A DNA stretch of 64,000 nucleotides from Batkoa obscura. Its lineage: Eukaryota. This document shows positions 42,477-54,563 of this stretch, piece after piece. A model generated the notes under the pieces. It searched no databases. It saw nothing but the letters and a program-made list of their open reading frames with translations, and was not told the origin of the DNA. Both the position numbers and the translations under genes were made by a program. Where the stretch lies: contig JASVEC010000029.1 in NCBI GenBank assembly GCA_030770535.1, forward strand, positions 1 to 64,000. Direction: 5' to 3'. Position 1 is the stretch's first letter. Every line of letters begins with the position of its first letter.

Positions 42477-42624
42477 TTATTCGCTATTATAAGTAGAACA
42501 AAAGCTACACAAAATATTAATAGTAATTTTCATCTATTTTATTTAATGACAAAAAAATAATAGTTACATAATCAATGAGGAAAATAAGTATCATTTTTTC
42601 AATAAAATCAAATTTTCAACATAT

Positions 42625-42897
42625 AGGAATGTTTTTTACTTATTACCCTTTTTTGGTATTTTTTTAAAATTTAGAAATTAACTAATACAATTGTTCAAGT
42701 TCGAATGTGTGCTAATAAATGATCAATTTTGTAACCAACTATCTGTTCTATCATTCTGGCTTGAGGTTTGTTAATTTAATTTTTATTTTAAAATGAACAG
42801 TTTAGCCACCACACATTCAAGCTTGAACAACATGTACTGGTTAATTAATTTCTAAATTTTAAAATAGCAAAAGAACAATTGCTAAAAAAAAGCATGT
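42625..42897. repeat. Fold-back element with long imperfect inverted arms; left end resembles the MITE/transposon terminus
   Basis: tttaaaatttagaaattaa...ttgttcaagttcgaatgtgtg pairs with cacacattcaagcttgaacaa...ttaatttctaaattttaaa; starts ATAT|AGGAATGTTTTTT. Confidence 0.7.
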
Positions 42898-43941
42898 TTT
42901 TTTGTTCCGAAATTTGACTGATATTTTTTAAAATTTTTAAATCTAAAATAAACAATGGTTGAAAAGAGCGTTACCATACGCCAACATAGATAAACTATTA
43001 ATTCTTTATAAGGCTTCAGAGCCATTATGCTTCCCCTTTTTCTCATTACCCTCGTCTTTATTCTTTTTGCACTATTTCAGTATTCAAGTAAAGTATTATG
43101 TCTTTTGAACTTTGAAGGATTTTAAAAAAAAATGCTTTAAGACAATTTAACCTAAATAGTTCCCCTTTAGAATATAGCAACCTGACTATTAGTATTGGAT
43201 TATGTAATAGTATTGTTAATAAAATTTAAAACATTCTACCTAAAAAGGTAACCTATTTTGTTAGTAATAAAAAAATTTAAGATACTACCACTTTCAATCA
43301 GTTTACTCCCTACCCCTTTTGCCCTTTGTCTAATATGTATAATGATTTATAAAAAGAACAAATTATAGATAGTTTTATTACCGATGCTTTTGAGAATGCC
43401 TACAAAGTCTTTGACACCTTATTTCTTTTTCGGAGTATTTTTTAGAGCACCTTAATATAGAACACTCTCAAGACTTATAAGTTTAGAAGTATGGAAGTGG
43501 GAAAAGTGGAGGGATATTAGTTGTAAAAGAAGCAATACATAGGACTAATATGAGAAATCGTGATGATATAATTCAAAAAGTTGACTGTTGATAAGTTTAT
43601 TATTGTTAAAAGCAAAAGGTAACTCTTGTACTTAAAGACTTTTGCATCCTAGAGATAAAGTTGAAATTTGTTAAGAGAGGTTTAAAGCTTTTTGAGACAT
43701 AATTGTATGATATGTAAAAGTATAAGAAAAACGTATAAACAATGACAATCCTTACATATTAATATTAGTATACTAAACAAATTTAGTTTTAATATTAATA
43801 GTGACATATTTTATGTGGAGCATCGTATTTACTATTTAAAGAAATTTTATTTTTAAAAAGAGTTGTTTAATAAATTAAAAATTCTTAGTTTTAATGAAAT
43901 GTTTAAATATTATTTATTTAATATAATAGCAAATTTTGAAA

Positions 43942-45621
43942 TTAGGCTTTAGGTTCATATGGTAAAGTCCATTGCTTTAAAGAAGAGGTAGAATCACAAC
44001 GTCCTGGGTTAACGACACACCATAATGGTTGAGTAGCATCAGCATTGATACCGCGAGATACCATCTTGAAACGGAAATTGTTGAAACGTGGGACAACTGG
44101 TTTGGTACGTACGACCTTACCATTAGCATCACGGTTACCAGACCAAAGGACTTCAGCAGCAGCTGAAGCACGTGGCCAGGCAAAACGATCAAGATTGACT
44201 TCATCGACTTGCTCAGACCATACAGTTACTTCACCACCAGCTACTAATTTTTGTTGATCAGCATTAAGGTTCTTAAGGAGATCATAAGTATAAACCATTT
44301 GCCAGTGTTTGAGAGGATCACACCAAGAACCACCAGATGGAGCATCACCTACCCAGGTACCACGACCACAGTCAAGATACCAGTATTGATAAGATGAAGC
44401 AACAACACGGTAACCGCGTTCAATAACCTTCTTGGTATCTTCAGCACCCAACCAAACTTGAACCAAAGAATCTTTTGGTAAAGTAACATTGTGTTGTAAA
44501 ACAATTTCTTCCCATACCATGATAGATTTCTTGTTTTGAATTGCGCGTTTGTGCATACCTTCAGCGAATACATTAAGAAGACTTTCTAAAGTAACCTTGT
44601 TATCTCTAACGTAGTTACGAATCTTTTCAGAAGTGTTCCAGCATTTATAATTGACTTCATCACCTGATAAATGTAAATATTTATCTTTGAATACCTTGGA
44701 GAATTCATCAATAAGATCATTAACAATAGCAACAGATTTAGGATTGGTTGGATCAATTTGACCAGATACTGGTTGAGCAGCTACGATATCCCATTCTAAG
44801 TCGTCCATACATACAGCAACTTCAGGGTAAGCTTCACCAATAGCATATGAGTGAGCTGGGGCTTCTAATTCTGGAATAATACGTACACCACGATCTAAAC
44901 CATATTCAATAAGTTCAGCAATTTCAGCAAATGAATAAGTTTGATCTGGGAAAATAGCCCCAATTTGCCATAATTTTGGATGTTTCTCTGATTTAAATGG
45001 CCAGGAGTGGGAATCAGTTAAATGCCAGTGTAATACGTTCATTTTGTTGTAAGAGAGAGCATCAATGGTACGTTTGATATCCTTGATTGGGAAAAAGTTA
45101 CGACTGCTATCTAATAATAAACCACGGTGGGGAAATTTAGGAGCATCTTCAATAGTTAATGGAGTGTGGGTGACGAAATGTAAACCATGCTGTTTGTTCC
45201 ATTCTACTAATTGGGTGAAGGATTCTAAACCACGGATGGCACCATAGACAGTTTGAGCATTAATAGAAGCACCTTTAGCATCAATAGTTAAAGTATAGTG
45301 TTCATCAGTCTTGTCATCATATTCATTGTTAGTATCCTTTACATTAACTTTAAGTTCACTAATAGATGGAAGAGCACGAGAATCTAAGCTACCACGGAAA
45401 GTTGGCACAACTGGAACCCATTTTTCGGTGATAACCAAATTTTGATAACGACCAACGACACGATTTAATCTGTCACAATTGGTGTTGGTGGTGATTTTAA
45501 AGTTATCACCAACAATCAAGGTTGAATTACCGGCGGTATATTTTGCAACTTTTGGCCAGATAGCATCAGGATGAGCTACGACTAAAGATAATAATGAAGT
45601 AATTAAAATAGAAACTTTCAT
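43942..45621 (-). CDS. Secreted beta-N-acetylhexosaminidase (GH20)
   Basis: HRGLLLDSSRNF, NVLHWHLTD, HLSGDE catalytic motif, WYLDCG, WSEQ; signal peptide. Confidence 0.95.
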   Translation of the reverse strand: MKVSILITSLLSLVVAHPDAIWPKVAKYTAGNSTLIVGDNFKITTNTNCDRLNRVVGRYQNLVITEKWVPVVPTFRGSLDSRALPSISELKVNVKDTNNEYDDKTDEHYTLTIDAKGASINAQTVYGAIRGLESFTQLVEWNKQHGLHFVTHTPLTIEDAPKFPHRGLLLDSSRNFFPIKDIKRTIDALSYNKMNVLHWHLTDSHSWPFKSEKHPKLWQIGAIFPDQTYSFAEIAELIEYGLDRGVRIIPELEAPAHSYAIGEAYPEVAVCMDDLEWDIVAAQPVSGQIDPTNPKSVAIVNDLIDEFSKVFKDKYLHLSGDEVNYKCWNTSEKIRNYVRDNKVTLESLLNVFAEGMHKRAIQNKKSIMVWEEIVLQHNVTLPKDSLVQVWLGAEDTKKVIERGYRVVASSYQYWYLDCGRGTWVGDAPSGGSWCDPLKHWQMVYTYDLLKNLNADQQKLVAGGEVTVWSEQVDEVNLDRFAWPRASAAAEVLWSGNRDANGKVVRTKPVVPRFNNFRFKMVSRGINADATQPLWCVVNPGRCDSTSSLKQWTLPYEPKA

Positions 45622-47555
45622 CTTAAATAAAAAAAGATAATTTTTTGATTTCTTCAGCCTTTCTTTTTATATCAGTTCTTCAAAAATTAACATCAAATAA
45701 ATTATATTAATGTAAGATGGCAGATTCCTTAATTTGGTAATATAATAAGTAAACTTTTTACTGAACCGAAATTTAAGTTTTATTCATCCTATTTTATTGG
45801 CTGTAGGATTTTAACGTGATCACTTGATTAAACCTCATCATAAAAATAACCAGCACCAATAAATTTCTCGCCTTTATATTAAATACAAATTTAAGAAATG
45901 AACCAAAAGTTATGAATATAAGTATTATTACTCCCTTGGTATATGGTCAACAATATATATATATAAACATTAAATTACTTATTTATATTATACTATGATA
46001 TTAATTCCGCAAAACATTTATGTTTATCAAGGAGTTAAGTGAAAATACCAGTGTTGCCTATAGTAATCAATGTGTATTAAAGCATTAATTAAATAAATAT
46101 TTGAAACATTTTCTGGTTTTGGTTTAATGCTATTTTTCTGATGATAATTTATTCTTTAAACTAAGCTTTGTATGAAAAGTAACTTAACTATTTTTATTAA
46201 ATTTAAGTTAAAAATGACTAAAATATTATCATTTATAAAAGATGGAAGAACTTTAAACTTATTATGATGATACGAATTTAATCAAACATCAATGTTTATT
46301 CATTGTAAAATGTATTTTATCTTACAATTACATTACATTTAACTTTAAATAAGCTACGATTTTAAAAGACTTTATACTTATAAATGAGATCAAATAGCAT
46401 TAACTTAGACTTCCTAATTGACTTTTGAAAAGAAGCATGAAATTTTAGATGCCAAAGCCTGACAAAATTTATCTACCGTTATTTCACAACCATATTATGG
46501 TCTACCTGTTTTTAACTTGGGTTCTATACAAAATAAAATACTTGCTCCATTGGCTAAGTTTTAATCCCGTGTTCAAACTCAAATTCTTGACCATAGATAA
46601 AATAAAAAAGCTACCAGCAGTAAATTTTCTAATAATAGGTTTGATGATTTTATTTATAAGTTATAGTGTAGTATTACTAATTAAATTATATACTGTTTAG
46701 TATAATGTACTTCTGGGTGTAATGTGGCATCTTGAGGAACGGGAATCGTCATATTTAAATAATTCCATACTAGAAGGATATTTAATAGAAAAGTGTGAGT
46801 TCTATATTAGAAATGTCTCCTTACTTCCATATCTCATTTGCTTTTTTAAGCAGTTTATATTTCAAAAAAATTCTTAATAAATTCTTAATAAATTCTTAAT
46901 AAAATCACATTATCCTGTACTGCAAATTTCATATCAACTTTGCAATATTAAAAGTGCTTTCGTAAATAGCAACTTATATATTGTACACTTTTACTAATTA
47001 AATATTTAATAAAAATAAATGTTATTGTTATAAGCTATCATTAGTTTATATATAATACAATATATACATACTGTAATGAAAACAACAAACTTAATCTAAG
47101 TTATTGTTCTAAAAAAACCATACGTTAATTTTTTACCAATTATTTATTTTTGATTTTGTTACATATTATTTACTTTGGTTTTTATATAATATTTATTTTG
47201 TTTTTAAATTATCGGGTTCTGTGAAAAAGACTGAATTCTTATCACACGAATTTAATAGCTTACAGCTGAATATACTTATAAAAAAGGTATAAGAGTTTTA
47301 AACTTCTAATAATAATTGAAATATAGTATTAGTAATTAATAAGCTAATTTCTTTGAAATGTTTATGATATTAATTTAATTATTATTTTATTAAATAAAAT
47401 AAAATAATGAACTGGTTAAAATGTTAGTATTACAGCTTAATTATCTAATAAAATAAAATAAACAGAAATAGGTTTACTTAAAAATAAATAACTTGATTAC
47501 TCATATATCATTTACAATTAATATAAACTAATTCAACTATAATAAAATTCTATAA

Positions 47556-48785
47556 TTATTTATTGGCTTTAAGTGATTGTTCCCAATAGGTTTCAAATCG
47601 TCTATAAATTGCCATAGTAGCTTGTGCGTCTTCAACCTATAAATAAATAAATAAATAAATTTAATCGACGCTTATAAAAGTTACTGAGGAATGGGAAGCG
47701 CCTTGGATATCGATACCTAATAAGTTAGTACATAATTTCTTTAGAGAGGGTGCCTTATTATTATTTATTTGCTTTAAAGGATAGTATTTAGCAGTATCTC
47801 TAATATTTCTTTCTGGATGCTGAATTTTTAATGCTTTTAAATCGTTTTTTATACTATGTCCAACTAATATTCTATTTTTTAATAATTCTAATACTTTAAT
47901 TTGTACTTCTTCAAAACTTGGAGCATCTTTCAAATGTTTAGGTAAAATTCCAGATACCCATGTACGAAAATCAGTTACTATTTTATCAACTTTTACATAT
48001 GTATCATAAATTACTATCCCATAATAGTTTACTATTGATACACGTGCTAATGCACTTTCACTTGCATTTACTCCTACTCCTACCATCTCACAATCTATAG
48101 CTAATACTTTACCTATTCTAACAAAATAAATCTTATTTTCTAATTATATTTATGTAATTTACTTAGTCACTAAACTAGTATTGGCTTTGTATTCTCCTAA
48201 TAATAATTTTTTTAAATGATCACTGATATCTTCACCCAATTTCAAACTACTAACGCTTAATTATTAAGTAATTTAAAAATATGTTTTATAATTTACCTTT
48301 CATCTTGCTTTACAAGTTCCAATTTATTACTTTCTTTAAACAAAGTTATATTCTATCATTAAATATATATATAGATAAAGTTGTACTTACTTTGGTCCGT
48401 TTCTTTTATTACTTTGCTTTTTACAATTTTAGTTTCATCAATTTGAATTTTATTATTAATCTTTATTTTGTTCTTCGTTATTTCTTCTTTTACCCCAGTA
48501 TCCCTATTATTCTTGTTTTTTATTAATCGAATACTTTCTTTTTGTACTTTAATGCTCTTAACACTTCCTTTATCTTCAGCATTTTCATTCTTTTTCCTCT
48601 TAGCTACTTTTTCTTTCCCAAGCAATTCCTAATGCTGTATTAATATACTTCTTTCTTAATCCTATCAATCGTGTGCTTACTTTTTTCAGGTTTTCCCAAT
48701 TACCACTCCCCTTCTTACTTTTATTTTTAGTGCTCTTATTTGATGTGTTAGTTGGATCAATTTAATATATATATTATTTTACCAT
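47556..48785 (-). CDS. REX4: RNA exonuclease 4 (DEDDh), multi-intron; 5' exon structure tentative
   Basis: LAIDCEMVGVG, LVGHSIKNDL, HSS/VEDAQATM; basic N-terminus. Confidence 0.88.
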
Positions 48786-49048
48786 TCTATTCAAACCAAA
48801 AAAGTTGAAGGATAAGAATAAATTTTTGATTTAGATTACAAAAATAGAAATTCATAATTGGCTTATTACTCGGATATTCTATTATTTTACAAATTAAACT
48901 TAATAATGAAAACGATAGTTGATAGTTAAATTGATAAAATTTATTTATTGCCTTGAAAAATTATATCTCTCGTTCTAAATAAACATCTTAATTATAATTA
49001 AAGAGTAATTTATTAAATTTTATAAATATATAATAATAGTTAAAAAAT

Positions 49049-49624
49049 TCAAGAGGACAAGCATGCATTTTGGCAATCTAACATAGATTCGAAAGCTCTA
49101 CAGCCATCAGAGCACCCACCAAAAGTGGTTGAAACACAAGAATTAGTTATAGGATCAAAATGGAAAGAAGGTATGCTCATACGACATGTCCCCATCTTAC
49201 TTTGAACGAAACAAGTGACCGGAAGGTGCTTATATTTATCTTGACTTTGTCGGTCAGCAGTAACAGTACACTTTAATTGGCTAAATCCATCAAAAGGATC
49301 AATAATATCATCTTTCAACTTTGAAACACATGTTGAATTACACTCTTCCATAGTATTAAATGCTTGACAGCCATCATCACAACCCCCGTACACTCCTGAT
49401 ACACATTGATTACTTTTTGGATCATAATGATAGCTTTTAAAATAGGCAAAACATTTTCCAGTTACAGTAGGTGTATAACATCTTAAGCTTCGTTTTTGCT
49501 GCTCTTTATTTAAACTTCCGCTATATTTTGGTATACATCCAGTTTGACTGAATGAGTCTTTTTGGCCATAAACTTCTCCCAATAAGTTGAAATTAAAGCA
49601 TAAAAGTACAATCAAGAAATTCAT
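49049..49624 (-). CDS. Secreted two-domain 8-Cys Kunitz-type inhibitor (P1 = Phe, Arg)
   Basis: Signal peptide; two Kunitz domains. Confidence 0.9.
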   Translation of the reverse strand: MNFLIVLLCFNFNLLGEVYGQKDSFSQTGCIPKYSGSLNKEQQKRSLRCYTPTVTGKCFAYFKSYHYDPKSNQCVSGVYGGCDDGCQAFNTMEECNSTCVSKLKDDIIDPFDGFSQLKCTVTADRQSQDKYKHLPVTCFVQSKMGTCRMSIPSFHFDPITNSCVSTTFGGCSDGCRAFESMLDCQNACLSS

Positions 49625-50147
49625 TTTGATATAATGTTAATCTACGTTTTTTATTTTATATTTTGATATTATTGTATTTTTATATTACTTCTAATTCCTC
49701 CCAGCAATTGCTATTTTTTTATTCTAATTGACATGTGTTTTTTTGATTAAGTTGAATTTTTGCCTATTATTATTTAACTCAAAAAAGCTCTATCCTTTCA
49801 TTATTCTTAGATTCTCTTTATTTTAGTAAGAGATCAGACATATCAAAGTAAAATAACTTTGTTTATTTTATCATTAATTTCTTTATTTAAAAAGTCTATT
49901 TAAATAGATGTGGCTAAAAAAATATGATATACCAAATCAATTTGACATTCATAAAAACAAAATTTTATTATTAAAATGGTGCTACACAATTATACTAAAT
50001 TTATATAGACTAAACTTCAACTAAAGATCAACATAAAATGATGTAGATTGAAAATTGAGATCAGCTAGCAAAAATAAAAGCTCTCCTTTTAAAAGCAGGT
50101 TGATATTTTTTATTGTTTGCTATAGCTGAGCTATAAACATTTATATT

Positions 50148-50975
50148 ATGAAATTTTTATCTACAATCGCAAGCGTCTTAACTATATTAAGTCTATCTGG
50201 GATAGCCTTTGCTGAAGATTCCAGTTCTAATGCTAGTGGGAATAACACATTAAGCGGTCCACAACCTGGGCTTGATTATGCAGTATTTGATACTGGGGTC
50301 GAGCTGAAACAGGGTAAATCTCGTGGTCCAGTTATCTGGTATTTAGGTTATTTATTTTACAAAAATCATTTTGGTAAATGTAAATTTGGAAGAGAGGGAT
50401 GTTGTTGTGGAAAAGACAGTAATGGTTGCTGCATCGGAGGTGGAAATAATCAATACCCATCATGCCAAGGTATTAGTTGCCCAATACCTTGCTTAACTGG
50501 TAGAGAACCTGGTTGTCCTCCTCCTATATGCCCAGGACCCAATTGCCCATCCCCATGCCCAGGACCTAATTGTCCATATATCTGCCCTGGCCCATTATGT
50601 CCAAAATTATGCCCAGGTCCAAATTGTCCAATTGTTTGTCCAGGTCCAAATTGTCCAGTACCATGCCCAGGGCCTTTATGTCCAGTTCCATGTTATGGAC
50701 CAAATTGCGGAAATATTATTTGCCCTCCACAAATATGTAACATTGGATTTAACGGAAGACCTATTATCTTTAATGTTAATATTAATCAAAATATTGTGAT
50801 TAATAATAACGGTAATGGGAAATGTGTAATCATTTATGAAGGACTTAAGCCAATTAAAATCTGTGGACCTGATGATTGCTTACGTTGTGACCGTTTACCA
50901 AATAATCAATACCAAGTCAAAATTTTAAAGCCCACTGATGACAGATTATCAATTACTCCATTAGATCAACAATAA
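50148..50975 (+). CDS. Secreted Cys/Pro/Gly-rich protein with CPGPxCPxx repeats
   Basis: Signal peptide; about 7 nine-residue repeats; C-terminal domain shared with 53691..54563. Confidence 0.85.
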   Translation: MKFLSTIASVLTILSLSGIAFAEDSSSNASGNNTLSGPQPGLDYAVFDTGVELKQGKSRGPVIWYLGYLFYKNHFGKCKFGREGCCCGKDSNGCCIGGGNNQYPSCQGISCPIPCLTGREPGCPPPICPGPNCPSPCPGPNCPYICPGPLCPKLCPGPNCPIVCPGPNCPVPCPGPLCPVPCYGPNCGNIICPPQICNIGFNGRPIIFNVNINQNIVINNNGNGKCVIIYEGLKPIKICGPDDCLRCDRLPNNQYQVKILKPTDDRLSITPLDQQ

Positions 50976-51832
50976 AATAAATGATTTTTCAATTTAACTT
51001 TTAATGATATTTTAAATTACGCCTAAATTTTAATAAATTTTAATAATTAACAATTTATTTCAACGATATGGGTTTTAGTTTATTTATTTTTATAAAACAA
51101 GTGTAAAACACAATAAGATAATTAAATGGACATGATGAAAAAATCTCAAAAAAAATAGCTATTGACTATTTTTGCTGTTTTATTTATTTCTACTTATTTC
51201 AGTTATGAAATAGTAATATCAATATCAGTTAGATCACTGATTCGTATTTGATATTAATTTAGAGTTTTTTGAAGTTCAACGTTTTCACTTGGTCCACAAA
51301 TTTTATAAGCTGCACCACTCTAATTAGGAAGCATAAAGCAAGTAAAATCTCGCTTATCTGCTGGATAAGAATATTTTTGTTGATATTAATATCGAAGATA
51401 ATTGGTTTGTATGTATAACCAACATTGTAAATTTGAGGTAGACAAACAAGAGTTCCACAGTTTGGTCTAGAGCATGGTGCTGAACAATTTAGACCTGGAC
51501 GTAATTGCGGGCACAATGGCCCTAGGCAAATATGAAGGCATCTGGGACCAGGGCATAGGTATGGGCATCTTGAACCTGCGCATAAGGAAAGAATACATCT
51601 AATCACTATATTAATTAAGCAACATATTGTACAATTTGGGTCTGAGGATAAAGTACAGTTGCCATCAACCCCACTAATACAGTATTCATTGTTATCCATT
51701 CCATAGCAGTAATTGGTAGTTGGGGATCTAAGTGTTGGATTAGATTGCTTAAAGAGCTTATATAGTAGAGCGCTAACCACATAAAGTTCATGACCAATAT
51801 TAGGTCTGCCTGGTATCTCAAAGCTAGCATAT

Positions 51833-51933
51833 AGAGATATGTTTTTTTATTCAAGAATTTTACTGATAGTCTCTCTACTCAAATAGCGCTTAAGAAATGG
51901 AAAAGGCGATAAAACCAAAAAAAAAACACCCTC
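51833..51933. mobile_element. MITE copy (diverged) inside the pseudogene
   Basis: ATAT|AGAGATATG...ACACCCTC|ATAT. Confidence 0.82.
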
Positions 51934-52014
51934 ATATTCTATTCTATTCTATTCTATTCACTATCATTGTTGTATTGTTATTCATATTACTATTACTATT
52001 GCCTTTTAAAATAT

Positions 52015-52111
52015 GGGGGTGTTTTTTTGACTTCATCACCTTTTCCATCTTTAAGCGCTATTTGAGCGGAAAAATTGTTAGTAAAATTCTTAAACATAAA
52101 AAAATATCCCC
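52015..52111. mobile_element. MITE copy inside the pseudogene
   Basis: ATAT|GGGGGTGT...ATATCCCC|ATAT. Confidence 0.88.
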
Positions 52112-52499
52112 ATATCTAAAATACCACCTATAAGGTCATTAAGTAAATAAATTACTAGATATTAATAGCATACTAATTAAAATCGTCAAAGCGTAACTTG
52201 ATTTCATTTTTTGAGGCTATTCTATATATCATTTTTTAAAATTTTAAGCATAAACCTTGTGACTTATGAATATATAGTTATCCTATACCATCTAAGTTTT
52301 TTTTAAAGTCTTCTTGGATTTCTCTTTAAGCATGTTGCCTTTTTTGAGGAAAATATAACGTTATTTCTATATTTGGTTGCTAAGTATATAAATAAAATAA
52401 AACTGGGTAGAATTTAGTTATGTTGTTATTAGTAAACTATTTTCACATATTTTAAGGCTTAATAAGTAATTTTAAAAATTCAAAATGCTAATTTAGTAT

Positions 52500-53300
52500 T
52501 TCATTTAGTTTAGCTCCCATGTTTTTGTACTCTTTTTAGAATAGCTACTTATTTTCTACCATGCCCTCATGTATAATATTTATCATACCTCCATGATTAC
52601 CAGGGCCAATTTATTTCCTTTAATGGTCCTAATACAGTCTTTCCCTTGATTTGATTATATGTAAATTAATTTTCAGGATTCATTTGGTCTTAATGCGCTG
52701 TTATGGCTATGTGATTATTTTAACTGTTTGTTTACTTTATATCTGGTTTTATTTGTAATGGTTATTTTTACTATTAGCTTTGATTGATGGATAATGTAAC
52801 TCACGACCCAGAACCTGGCTACAAAATCACTTAATTGATCTGTTTCTGGGTTTGGTTCTTAAGTATAGTCATAAAGCATGCCTCCTTTTTTAAGTAAAGC
52901 TTTGATGACATCTTTAGGATAGGTATTTCGGTACCTGGCAAAACCTTACATCCTTTTTTAAGATTTCACCCGTTTTCACACAAATTACTTTTTACAAATG
53001 TCAATTATCTCACACAAATTTGATGTTCCAGCTTAAATACTTTATTCATAAACAATTTTTATCTAACTTGTTTAATATGAAAAATTAAATAGTGGTTTAT
53101 TGTCATAAAGTTTATAATGACCAAAGAAGGTGTCCTCTACCCTAATGCGATTCAAAGCAGAACCAGGTTGAATTGGTTTAACATTTTTTAATTTGAGCAG
53201 CTCCATCTGAAGCAATAGTAGCTTCTTTGATTAATAAAGCTTCCACTCAAGAAAATAATTAAACAGAAGGAACAAGGATAGTGGGCTAAGTCTGATATAC
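52500..53300 (-). mobile_element. Possible decayed Ty3/gypsy pol fragment
   Basis: Stop-ridden segments resembling RT (RIRVED..FFGHY) and later pol motifs; judged by eye only. Confidence 0.3.
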
Positions 53301-53690
53301 TAAATAAACTATGTCATAATCAGGGAGCGGCTTTGCAATAAAGTAATCTTCAATTCCTAGATGTTAGATGTTTTTATAGAACAATGTTTTTTAAGTTCAA
53401 CGTTCTGTAAACAGTAGATTAGTTTAATGAATTAATCATATTATGAGAAAGGCAATCTAATCAAAAAATGCGTCAACAGATCTGTATAAATGCTGTAGCA
53501 CTTTATTATCGAGTTAATCATTCATTAAATACTTTTTAAATATATAGTTTTTGTACTATATTGTTTAGTCATTTGTTTTTAATGGTTAATAGCTCTTAAT
53601 ACCAAAGCATTAGATAGCTATATTATTAGTGATAAATAGATAAAATATATCAAATACGAAAAATACTAATATTAGTTACACAAAGTTAAT

Positions 53691-54563
53691 TTATTGTGAA
53701 ATAGAAATTCTGTTATCGGTTGGATCCATAATACGTACTTGGTATTGATTTTCTGGAGTTAAATAACATTTGAGATTATCTCTTGGACCACAAACTCTGT
53801 AATATCCACCAAATTGATTAGGAACTCTAATGCAAACGTAGTTTGGCTGATCTCCATTAATAATAATATTTTGGTTAATATTAATATTGAAAATAATTGG
53901 GCGATATGGGTAGTTGATATTACAAATTTGAGGTGGGCAAATAACAGATCCACAATATGGTCCATAGCATGGCTCTGGGCAATAGGGACCTGGGCATGCT
54001 ACTGGACAATTTGGACCTGGACAACGAATAGGGCATTGTGGACCTGGGCAAACATTGCCACAGTATGGACCTGGACAAATATATGGGCAGTTAGGGCCTG
54101 GGCACTGGTATGGGCAATATGGTCCTGGGCATGGATTTCTACATCCGGTCCATCCTGGTGGGCATTGGAAGCAGTTAGGGTTTCCGGGTGGGCACGGCCA
54201 TGGACAATTTGGACCAGGGCATCGATTACAATTACCAGAACCACCAATACAACAGCCATTGGAATCTACTCCATAACAACAATTAGTGGTTGGGCATTCT
54301 GGTTTTGGTGGATGATGTTGTTTAAAGATATGGTTCAACAATAAAATGATTGGAATAATGGTACGTTCAGATTTTTTACCAATTTCACCTGGGGTTTCAA
54401 AGTTAGCAAATTCAGCTCCATTTATTATCATTGACCCATTTTTTGGCATTTCATTATCCCCTCCCGCTGAATCTGGGGTATCCATAGAATCTTCTTGAGC
54501 AAATACGCCACTAGACATTAGTAGCATACTAATCAAAACTGTCAAAGCATAACTTAATTTCAT
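53691..54563 (-). CDS. Secreted Cys/Pro/Gly-rich protein with CPGPxCPxx repeats
   Basis: Signal peptide, acidic spacer, CC-x-G-x-DSNGCCIGG, repeats, ICPPQICNI...PIIFNININQNI. Confidence 0.85.
   Translation of the reverse strand: MKLSYALTVLISMLLMSSGVFAQEDSMDTPDSAGGDNEMPKNGSMIINGAEFANFETPGEIGKKSERTIIPIILLLNHIFKQHHPPKPECPTTNCCYGVDSNGCCIGGSGNCNRCPGPNCPWPCPPGNPNCFQCPPGWTGCRNPCPGPYCPYQCPGPNCPYICPGPYCGNVCPGPQCPIRCPGPNCPVACPGPYCPEPCYGPYCGSVICPPQICNINYPYRPIIFNININQNIIINGDQPNYVCIRVPNQFGGYYRVCGPRDNLKCYLTPENQYQVRIMDPTDNRISISQ

Larger units (their letters stand above)
51200..52207 (-). pseudogene. Pseudogene paralogue of the 53691..54563 Cys/Pro-rich gene
   Basis: ATG 52207 gives MKSSYALTILISMLLISSNLFT then a stop (paralogue: MKLSYALTVLISMLLMSSGVFAQ); two MITE insertions; eroded cysteines; 3' frame disruption. 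Confidence 0.85.

Noticed and set aside
51833..52111. Composite transposon made of two inverted MITEs carrying cargo
   Set aside because: The intervening DNA is native coding sequence of the pseudogene.
53759..54344. Trp-rich and Gly/Gln/His-rich repetitive ORFs (53814, 54055, 53999, 53759)
   Set aside because: Antisense or off-frame translations of the CPGP repeat gene.
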